Of a stretch of DNA of 64,000 nt, positions 54,503 to 61,928 are shown in pieces. The stretch lies in the NCBI GenBank assembly GCA_947467435.1, contig CANIIA010000003.1, positions 12,215-76,214 of the forward strand, given 5' to 3'. The stretch is from Betaproteobacteria bacterium (lineage in GTDB: Bacteria > Pseudomonadota > Gammaproteobacteria > Burkholderiales > SG8-39). Under the pieces are notes generated by a model that ran no database searches, was not told the origin of the DNA, and worked only from the letters and a program-made list of their open reading frames with translations. The stretch's first letter is position 1, and every line of letters starts with the position of its first letter. Made by a program: the position numbers and the translations under genes.

Positions 54503-56452
54503 CTAAGCGTCCTGTACTCGCGCAAAAAATGTCGCGACATCTGACAATACGCGGGTCGCTGGCATGGGCGGTAAGCTCGCGCGAATTTGTCGTCCATAGG
54601 GTTTAGAAAATAATCGCGTGTCACAGAGCATCAACACGCCACGATCCGTATGATCACGGATCAAACGGCCTGCACCTTGTTTTAACTGCAAGATCGCTTG
54701 CGGTAATTGCAACGCCATAAATGGATTGCCACCTGTCGCACGCAATGCATCGATGCGTGCGGCAAGCACCGGATCATCGGGCGGTGCAAACGGTAATTTA
54801 TCAATCACCACCAACGACAGCGCTTCCCCGCGTACATCCACGCCCTCCCAAAAAGATTGGCTCCCCAGCAAGATTGGGTGCGCGAGCTGCCGAAACTGTG
54901 CAAGCAATGCGCTACGCGAACCTTGTCCTTGCACTAACAACGGCCAATCCAAATTGGCCTCGGCCAAGCGCGCCGAGAGCAGTTCTCGCGCGCGGCGTAA
55001 TGCGCGCAATGTGGTGAACAACAAAAATGCTCGGCCGCGACTGGCTTGCAATACCGGCCACGCCGCATCGATCACCGCTTCGGTAAATGCCGGATCGTTG
55101 GGATCAGGCAAATCTTTCGGCACGTATAACAACGCTTGTTTAGAAAATTCAAACGGGCTATCCCAGCGTACTGTGGGCGCATCTTCAATACCTAACTCAC
55201 GCGTGAAGTGCGAAAAATCTTCGCCCACCGCCAGCGTTGCCGAGGTAAAAATCCAAGCCCGCGGATGGTCGAGCATTTGCTTGCGAAAAATTTCTCCACT
55301 CGACAAAGGTGTGGTGTGTAACAAAACACTCGATGCAAACACCTCCACCCATCGTACGGTTTTAGTTGCCTCGGCGGTTTGCCAAGCATCGAGTCGGCTG
55401 CGCGCCTCTTCAGCACGTCTCGAGCACGCAGCTAATCCATCACTTCTTTCTGCATGTCGCGCGAGTTGTCCACGCAAGCCCTCGAGTGATTGCGCCAGTG
55501 TGTGTACCGCAGGAAAAAACGCCGGCGAACGCGCGGCTTGGGCAGCGGACATGCGCGTACTGTCTTCACGAAATACCAAACGTAAATCGCGCGTATCTTT
55601 ATCTAATTGCACCGCCGCGCGATCAAACTCAGGCGTTGCACCGCCAGCGGCACGCACCTCCATACGTGCATCGCGCGCTAACTCGATCAATTGATGCGTA
55701 CTCACCGTCTCGCCAAAAAATAACCGCGCGGTATCGGGTAACTGATGTGCTTCATCAAAGATCACGGTGTTGCATGCAGGGAGCAATTCAGCCATTCCCT
55801 CATCGCGCAACATCACGTCTGCAAAAAATAAATGATGATTGACCACAACGACGTCGGATTCTTGTGCGTTTTTTCGTGCCTTCACGACAAAGCAATCTTT
55901 GTAATCAGGGCAGTCTTGGCCGAGACAATTCTCACGTGTTGAGCTCGCGTGTTGCCACACCGCGGCATCCTCCGGCACTTCCGCTAAATCAGCGCGATCA
56001 CCGGTGCGCGTGGATTTTGCAAACGCTTGGATTCGTGCCAGATGCGTGGCGTCTTCACGCGCACCGAACCGGGCCTCAATGGAAGCGCGGGCTAAGCGGT
56101 ATAGACACACATAGTTCGCGCGGCCTTTGAGTAACGCGATACTGACGCCAGAAGCAATGGCATCGCGCACCGCTGGCAGATCACGATCAAACAACTGATC
56201 TTGTAGCGTTTTCGTGCCCGTCGAAATAATGACTTTGCCACCGGCCAGTAATGCGGGCGCCAAGTAGGCAAACGTTTTTCCCGTGCCAGTACCTGCCTCC
56301 GCGACTAACAAGTCGGTGTGCTCGATGGCATGCAGAATTTGGCGCGCGAGTTCCACTTGCTGCTCGCGCTGCGCGTAGCCAGGAATCGCGCGCTGTAGGT
56401 CGCCACCGTTTGCAAAAACGCGCTCAAGTGCGACCGATGCGGGGGAGGACAG
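54503..56452 (-). CDS. ATP-dependent DNA helicase, DinG/YoaA (XPD/Rad3-like Fe-S) family; start codon non-canonical or unresolved
   Basis: Walker A 'AGTGTGKT', DEAH box 'FDEAHQL', and 4 Cys ('YVCLY', 'NCLGQDCPDYKDC'). The conserved N-terminal block 'DLQRAIPGYAQREQQ' lies upstream of the only in-frame canonical start (GTG 56356). The 5' end is therefore set tentatively at CTG 56452. Confidence 0.8.
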   Translation of the reverse strand: MSSPASVALERVFANGGDLQRAIPGYAQREQQVELARQILHAIEHTDLLVAEAGTGTGKTFAYLAPALLAGGKVIISTGTKTLQDQLFDRDLPAVRDAIASGVSIALLKGRANYVCLYRLARASIEARFGAREDATHLARIQAFAKSTRTGDRADLAEVPEDAAVWQHASSTRENCLGQDCPDYKDCFVVKARKNAQESDVVVVNHHLFFADVMLRDEGMAELLPACNTVIFDEAHQLPDTARLFFGETVSTHQLIELARDARMEVRAAGGATPEFDRAAVQLDKDTRDLRLVFREDSTRMSAAQAARSPAFFPAVHTLAQSLEGLRGQLARHAERSDGLAACSRRAEEARSRLDAWQTAEATKTVRWVEVFASSVLLHTTPLSSGEIFRKQMLDHPRAWIFTSATLAVGEDFSHFTRELGIEDAPTVRWDSPFEFSKQALLYVPKDLPDPNDPAFTEAVIDAAWPVLQASRGRAFLLFTTLRALRRARELLSARLAEANLDWPLLVQGQGSRSALLAQFRQLAHPILLGSQSFWEGVDVRGEALSLVVIDKLPFAPPDDPVLAARIDALRATGGNPFMALQLPQAILQLKQGAGRLIRDHTDRGVLMLCDTRLFSKPYGRQIRASLPPMPATRVLSDVATFFARVQDA

Positions 56453-56515
56453 GATGCGGCTCCGAAAACCGCGGGGCTTTACAGCCCGCCCCGCCTCGTC
56501 TAGATTGCTCGAATT

Positions 56516-57082
56516 ATGCGTTCCAAGTTGATGTTTTGTCTAATCTTTAATCTCCTGCTGAGCGGTTGCGGCGGGTGGATTGGTGCACGTGCGCCGGTGG
56601 AGGATCTGGGCACCAAAACATCTGCGATGGGAAAATCTTCGCGCGCGAATGGCAGCCCGCAGCAGAGCCCAACACCCTCGATGCAACGTGCACCCGATGA
56701 GGCCTCTGAGGCGCTGTTTCAAACCATCAGCGCCCTTGGCGTGGATTACCGCTATGGAGGCAGCTCACACGTCAACGGATTCGACTGTAGTGGACTCGTC
56801 GCGCATGTGTTTCGTACCGCGTATGGCATTCAATTGCCTCGGCACACGCAAGGACAAAGTGAGGCGGGCATTCCCATTGACGCCGAAGCGCTACAAGCCG
56901 GCGACCTGGTGTTTTACAACACGCAGAATCGACCGTTTTCGCACGTGGGCATCTACATTGGCGATGGCCGCTTCATCCACGCACCACGTACAGGTGCCGC
57001 CGTTCGTATCGAGCGGCTGAGTAGTCAATATTGGAGCCAGCGTTGGAACGGCGCGCGGCGCGTTCAGGTCACGCGCGGTTAA
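56516..57082 (+). CDS. NlpC/P60 family peptidoglycan endopeptidase lipoprotein
   Basis: Lipobox 'LLLSGC', catalytic 'FDCSGLVAHVF' and 'HVGIYIGDGRFIHAP'. Confidence 0.85.
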   Translation: MRSKLMFCLIFNLLLSGCGGWIGARAPVEDLGTKTSAMGKSSRANGSPQQSPTPSMQRAPDEASEALFQTISALGVDYRYGGSSHVNGFDCSGLVAHVFRTAYGIQLPRHTQGQSEAGIPIDAEALQAGDLVFYNTQNRPFSHVGIYIGDGRFIHAPRTGAAVRIERLSSQYWSQRWNGARRVQVTRG

Positions 57083-57139
57083 CCCCGTTGTGATACGCCA
57101 GCGAACAGCTGGCCGATGGTGAAGGACAACCTGATTTTT

Positions 57140-57158
57140 GATGAGAATTAATCTCATC
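57140..57158 (+). promoter_or_regulatory. 7-5-7 palindrome GATGAGA-ATTAA-TCTCATC (weak Fur-box-like, 11/19 to consensus)
   Basis: Read directly. It sits just upstream of the fbpA -35 element. Confidence 0.4.
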
Positions 57159-57161
57159 TAT

Positions 57162-57190
57162 TTGACGACACAAATGATAATGAGTATCAT
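57162..57190 (+). promoter_or_regulatory. sigma70-type promoter for fbpA: TTGACG, 17 nt, TATCAT
   Basis: -35 at 57162-57167, a 17-nt spacer, -10 at 57185-57190, 30 nt before the fbpA ATG. Confidence 0.6.
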
Positions 57191-57194
57191 TTGA
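57176..57194 (+). promoter_or_regulatory. Fur box (GATAATGAGTATCATTTGA, 14/19 to GATAATGATAATCATTATC)
   Basis: Position-by-position comparison with the classical 19-bp Fur consensus. It overlaps the -10 hexamer. Confidence 0.7.
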
Positions 57195-57220
57195 AAATCA
57201 TATTTTTAATCGTCTAGCCA

Positions 57221-58267
57221 ATGAACTCGATGAATATTCAACGCATTCGCCGAACGCTCCGCGGCCTCTGCGTGCTTTGGGCAATGTTTTCAGTTAGCGC
57301 ATACTCTCAAGAAAACGTTATTAATCTCTACTCATCGAGGCACTACAACACCGATGAGGCCCTGTATACCAACTTCACCCGCCAAACTGGGATTCGGATC
57401 AACCGAATCGAAGCGCCCGAAGACGCATTGATCGAACGTTTGCGTAATGAAGGCACCGCCAGCCCCGCGGATGTGTTGATCACCGTAGATGCGGGACGAC
57501 TCACCCGCGCCGAGGAACTCGGCTTACTCCAGGGCGTGCAATCGAGCACGTTAGAGTCACGCATTCCTGCCCATTTACGACATCCGGCAGGACTTTGGTT
57601 CGGCTTTTCGACGCGTGCGCGCGTCATCGTTTACAACAAGTCGGCCGTCAATCCAACAGAGATCACCTCTTACGAAGGACTGGCTGATCCAAAATGGAAA
57701 TCGCGCATTTGCATGCGCTCCTCTACCAACATGTACAACTTATCGTTAATGAGTGCGCTCATCGAGCACCATGGCGAAGCCCAAGCGCAGCAATGGGCGC
57801 AAGGTGTCGTCGCAAATTTTGCACGCGCACCCAAAGGCGGTGACACCGACCAACTCAAATCGGTCGCCGCAGGCGAATGCGCCCTCACCTTGGCGAATAC
57901 GTACTACGTTGTACGACTCATGAAATCCACGCGCCCTGATGAGCGCGCCATCATTGAAAAACTTGGTGTCATTTGGCCGAATCAAGACAGCACGGGCACA
58001 CACATCAATATTTCTGGCGCGGGTGTCGTACGTAATGCACCGCACCGCGCTGCGGCGATTAAATTTTTAGAGTATCTGGCCAGCGATGAAGCGCAACGTT
58101 ACTTTGCCGATGGCAACAACGAATTCACTGTTGTGACCACCACCAAGGTAGAGAACCGCGAACTCAGCGCACTTGGACGCTTTAAGCCAGACACACTCAA
58201 CGTGCGTCGCTTGGGACAACATCAAGCGAGCGCGCAAAAAATTTACGATCGCGCAGGTTGGCGCTAA
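57221..58267 (+). CDS. fbpA: Fe(3+) ABC transporter substrate-binding protein (FbpA/AfuA-like)
   Basis: Signal peptide, then 'VINLYSSRHYNTDEALY' and a type II binding-protein fold. A Fur-box promoter lies upstream. Confidence 0.8.
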   Translation: MNSMNIQRIRRTLRGLCVLWAMFSVSAYSQENVINLYSSRHYNTDEALYTNFTRQTGIRINRIEAPEDALIERLRNEGTASPADVLITVDAGRLTRAEELGLLQGVQSSTLESRIPAHLRHPAGLWFGFSTRARVIVYNKSAVNPTEITSYEGLADPKWKSRICMRSSTNMYNLSLMSALIEHHGEAQAQQWAQGVVANFARAPKGGDTDQLKSVAAGECALTLANTYYVVRLMKSTRPDERAIIEKLGVIWPNQDSTGTHINISGAGVVRNAPHRAAAIKFLEYLASDEAQRYFADGNNEFTVVTTTKVENRELSALGRFKPDTLNVRRLGQHQASAQKIYDRAGWR

Positions 58268-59920
58268 TCATTCCTTGGCATGTGGCGTACGTCTCATTTG
58301 CCGAGCCAGCAACAACACGGGCAATAAGCCGACCAGCACCAAAGCAAATGCCATCACGGCCGCTTCTGATAAGCGCTCATCTTTTGCGAAGTGATACGTC
58401 TGCACAGCGAGCGTATCCAAATTAAACGGTCGCAAGGCGAGCGTTGCTGGCAGCTCTTTCATCACATCCACAAACACCAACAATGTAGCTGTCAGCAAAC
58501 TGCGTGCTAATAACGGCGCATGCACAAACCAAAGCGTCTTTGAGGCAGACAAACCCAAGCTACGCGAAGCATCATCCATGCTGGCGCGTATGCGTGACAA
58601 ACCCGCCGTCAGCGTTTGCAACGCTATCGATACAAAGCGCACCAAATACGCAAACATCAACGCGATGAGCGTGCCACTGAGCCACAATTGCGGAGCTGTG
58701 CCAAACAAGAAAGCAAACAAGGCACTTAAGCCACGATCGAGCCACGCCAAGGGCACCAGTACACCCAGCGCAATGACCACACCAGGTAACGCATAACCCA
58801 AGCCAGCGACGCGCTGTGCCAGCCGTGCACTCAGACCAAGCTGTAAGCGTGCCGCATACGCAATCAGTAACGCACAACAGACACACAACACGGCGGCCAA
58901 CGAAGCCAAGGTCACGCTATTTTTTGCATACGACAAAAAACGAGGCGCCATTTCTAATTCAACACCTTGCATCACCAAACGCAATAGCAGCATGGCAGGT
59001 ACAACGAATCCCAAGAGTAATGGCATCACACACACGATCACGGCACCAAGCGCACGCAGGCCACGTAAGCGATACGGATAATGCATCCGCGTGGTTGTCG
59101 GGTGATAGCGCGCAGCTCCTCGTAAGCGTTGCTCCAAGACCAATACCGCGCCGATCCCAAACAGCAATAACGCACCCAGTTGCGAGGCTGCAACTGGATC
59201 ACCGAATGAAAACCACGCCCGAAATACGCCCGTTGAAAACGTATCCACACCAAAATAATCCACCGTGCCGTAATCGGCGAGCGTTTCCATTAAGGCGAGC
59301 GCCACACCAGCCACAATCGCTGGACGCGCGAGCGGTAAAGCAATACGCCCAAACGCCCCCCAGGCACTTAACCCGAGCACACGCGCTGATTCAAGGCTCG
59401 CGCCAGATTGCTCTAGAAAGGCTGTGCGCGCTAACAAATAAACATACGGATACAACACCATCGTCAACACCAACGCCGCGCCACCCAAGGAGCGAATCTG
59501 CGGAAAAAAATCACCCGCCATCGGCCAACCGAGCGTCGCACGCAAGGCGGTTTGCACTGGTCCCGCAAACTGCAAGGCATCGGTGTAAACACAGGCCAAC
59601 ACGTACGCCGGAAAGGCGATCGGCAAGATTAAGGCCCACTGCATCACGCGCTGTCCAGGAAACGTACACATGGCACAGACCCATGCACTGGCCACGCCCA
59701 CGACAGTGACCCCAACGCCAACGAACAACGCCAACAGGCCCGTATTGATCACATAGCCAGGTAACACCGTCTCGATGAGATGTACCCAAGTCTGCCAACG
59801 GGGCACGAATAGGTTCAGCACCACCACCACCACCGGCGTGACCAATAGCAAGGCGAGCAAGGCAGCGCAGGCGCGCAAGCGCCAATGTTTGCGTTGAAGC
59901 AATCCCCCGCTGGTCGCCAT
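58268..59920 (-). CDS. fbpB: Fe(3+) ABC transporter permease (FbpB-like, duplicated BPD domain)
   Basis: About 550 aa and 12 TM, with two binding-protein-dependent permease halves. The likely start is MATSGG (59920); the ORF-track TTG at 59983 would run into the fbpC promoter. Confidence 0.8.
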   Translation of the reverse strand: MATSGGLLQRKHWRLRACAALLALLLVTPVVVVVLNLFVPRWQTWVHLIETVLPGYVINTGLLALFVGVGVTVVGVASAWVCAMCTFPGQRVMQWALILPIAFPAYVLACVYTDALQFAGPVQTALRATLGWPMAGDFFPQIRSLGGAALVLTMVLYPYVYLLARTAFLEQSGASLESARVLGLSAWGAFGRIALPLARPAIVAGVALALMETLADYGTVDYFGVDTFSTGVFRAWFSFGDPVAASQLGALLLFGIGAVLVLEQRLRGAARYHPTTTRMHYPYRLRGLRALGAVIVCVMPLLLGFVVPAMLLLRLVMQGVELEMAPRFLSYAKNSVTLASLAAVLCVCCALLIAYAARLQLGLSARLAQRVAGLGYALPGVVIALGVLVPLAWLDRGLSALFAFLFGTAPQLWLSGTLIALMFAYLVRFVSIALQTLTAGLSRIRASMDDASRSLGLSASKTLWFVHAPLLARSLLTATLLVFVDVMKELPATLALRPFNLDTLAVQTYHFAKDERLSEAAVMAFALVLVGLLPVLLLARQMRRTPHAKE

Positions 59921-59984
59921 GGTTAGACTCAACATTCCCTTAAAAAACAGCCCGATGGTAGCAGGGGGGCTTGACGGGGACAAC

Positions 59985-60003
59985 CGAAATGGGAATCATT
60001 ATC
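59985..60003. promoter_or_regulatory. Fur box (CGAAATGGGAATCATTATC, 14/19) in the divergent fbpB/fbpC region
   Basis: The right half, GAATCATTATC, is a near-perfect consensus. TTGACG at 59971-59976 lies 17 nt upstream of AATCAT (59994-59999). Confidence 0.6.
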
Positions 60004-60006
60004 AAA

Positions 60007-61095
60007 ATGGAACAACCCGTCCTCGCCGTACACGATTTAGAGCAAGCCTACGGCGCCGACGGGGTCGTGCGTGGGCTATCGCTGACGCTTAAGCGAGGAC
60101 AAATCGGCTGCATTCTTGGTCCCAGCGGTTGCGGAAAGACCACGCTCTTACGCTGTATCGCGGGCTTTGAACCGGTCATGGCTGGACGCATTGAGCTGGC
60201 GGGGGTCACGGTCTCCTCAGCGAATACCTTAATCCCCACCGAACATCGCCGCATCGGCATGGTGTTTCAGGATTACGCGCTATTTCCTCACCTGTCTGTG
60301 GCAAATAACATCGGATTTGGATTACGCGCACTCGATCAGACCGCACGAACAGCACGCATCACCGAAATGGCGGCATTGGTTGGCTTAACAGAGCGTTTGA
60401 CCCGCTATCCACACGAATTGTCTGGTGGGCAACAACAGCGCGTGGCATTAGCGCGCGCGCTCGCACCAAAACCTGAATTGCTATTGATGGATGAGCCGTT
60501 TTCCAATCTCGATATCGCCTTACGCGAGCGACTAACGCTCGAAGTGCGCGACATTTTGCACGCCAGTGGAACGACCGCCATTTTGGTGACGCATGATCAA
60601 CACGAAGCCTTCGCCATCGCCGATGAAATTGGCGTCATGCAAGACGGGCGCATCGTGCAATGGGACACCGCCTGGAATTTATATCATCGTCCAGTCAATC
60701 GATTTGTCGCCAACTTTGTTGGCCAAGGCGCATTTGTGCCAGCCCGCGTTCTCAACGACCATCAAGTTGAAATTGAGCTTGGCATACTCGAGGGCGATAT
60801 TCCACCAGCTTGTCATGTCGGATGTGACATATGCAGCGGCGGCTGCACCGCCGACGTGTTGCTACGACCCGATGATGTGGTTCACGATGATGCCTCGCCA
60901 CTGCAAGCCGAAGTGATTCATAAAGCATTTCGTGGCGCCGAAATTCTGTACACACTCAAACTACAAAGCGGAAGAAAAGTGCTTGCGATGGTGCCCAGCC
61001 ATCACAATCACGCCACTGGAGAGCGCATCGGCATTCGTCTGGACGTGGATCATGTGGTGGCTTTCGCGCCAGAACACCCCAACGCAGCACACTAG
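60007..61095 (+). CDS. fbpC: Fe(3+) ABC transporter ATP-binding protein (FbpC-like)
   Basis: Walker A 'GPSGCGKTT', signature 'LSGGQQQRVALARA', Walker B 'LLLMDEPFSNLD', and a C-terminal TOBE-like domain. The start is refined to MEQPVLAV (60007). Confidence 0.85.
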   Translation: MEQPVLAVHDLEQAYGADGVVRGLSLTLKRGQIGCILGPSGCGKTTLLRCIAGFEPVMAGRIELAGVTVSSANTLIPTEHRRIGMVFQDYALFPHLSVANNIGFGLRALDQTARTARITEMAALVGLTERLTRYPHELSGGQQQRVALARALAPKPELLLMDEPFSNLDIALRERLTLEVRDILHASGTTAILVTHDQHEAFAIADEIGVMQDGRIVQWDTAWNLYHRPVNRFVANFVGQGAFVPARVLNDHQVEIELGILEGDIPPACHVGCDICSGGCTADVLLRPDDVVHDDASPLQAEVIHKAFRGAEILYTLKLQSGRKVLAMVPSHHNHATGERIGIRLDVDHVVAFAPEHPNAAH

Positions 61096-61904
61096 CCGCC
61101 GGTTTCCTCGCGCAAGTTATAAATCACTGGAATATCGAGCGTAAACGCACGGCCGCGCAAAGTGTCGGGTAATGGGACATTTGTGCGCCCGAGCATGTCG
61201 ATGGCTTGTTGATCGAGCACGCTGTGACCAGAACTTTTTAATACGCTAATGCCCAAGCGTTTGCCCTCCACAGAAAAACTCACGCGTAACTCAACGCGGC
61301 CCTCCCAGTCGTTATCTAAAGCGAGTCGTGGATAGCGTTTAAAGCGACGTGCATTACTCATCAGCTCGAGTCGGTAACGCGCCACTGCTCCTGCATCCAA
61401 GGCATCCGACTGCGGCGCGGATGGACCCGTCGTCGCGGTGGAAGGTGCAGCCGATACCGTGCTACGTGCAGGCTCTACGAGTTTTGTTGTTTCCGTTGCT
61501 TTACTTGATTCGGTGACGCTGACTCGCGGCGGTTCGGGCGTGGCAATCACGGGTCGCGCGACTTCAACCGAACGCGGAACCTCGCTCGGCATTTGCAGCA
61601 CCGGCGTGACAGGCGTCACCGATGGGGACACTGCGCCCGCAGTCTTGGGCGTTGCAACAGCAGGCGGTTGTCGCGCGGACGGTGTTGGCGTGACTTGGGG
61701 TGAGCGCACCGGCGATGGCGCCGGCTGCAAGCGAGTCACCAAACGTGGCGGCACCAACGGCGTGTCAGCCGGCTGTAAAGCCCACCACGAAAGCGCGCCA
61801 ACGAAACACAGATGCGCCAACACAGAAAACAATAATGCACGCGTTAAATTCAGCGTCATCTCTGGGCGCACTTGCCATGCGACGTTCAGGGCTTGTGTTG
61901 ACAT
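61092..61904 (-). CDS. tonB: TonB family energy transducer
   Basis: N-terminal TM anchor, a long Pro/Thr/Ser-rich spacer, and a C-terminal TonB domain ('YPRLALDNDWEGRVELRVSF...'). Confidence 0.8.
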   Translation of the reverse strand: MSTQALNVAWQVRPEMTLNLTRALLFSVLAHLCFVGALSWWALQPADTPLVPPRLVTRLQPAPSPVRSPQVTPTPSARQPPAVATPKTAGAVSPSVTPVTPVLQMPSEVPRSVEVARPVIATPEPPRVSVTESSKATETTKLVEPARSTVSAAPSTATTGPSAPQSDALDAGAVARYRLELMSNARRFKRYPRLALDNDWEGRVELRVSFSVEGKRLGISVLKSSGHSVLDQQAIDMLGRTNVPLPDTLRGRAFTLDIPVIYNLREETGG

Positions 61905-61928
61905 ACCAAACTCACACCAAGCGGTGAC

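Noticed and set aside
54726-55694. 322-aa plus-strand ORF inside the helicase gene
   Set aside because: It is antisense to the DinG/YoaA helicase. It is extremely Ser/Ala/Arg-rich and low in complexity, with no start context.
58816-59709. 297-aa plus-strand ORF inside fbpB
   Set aside because: It is antisense to a well-supported 12-TM permease. It is Arg/Pro/His/Thr-rich, which is not protein-like.
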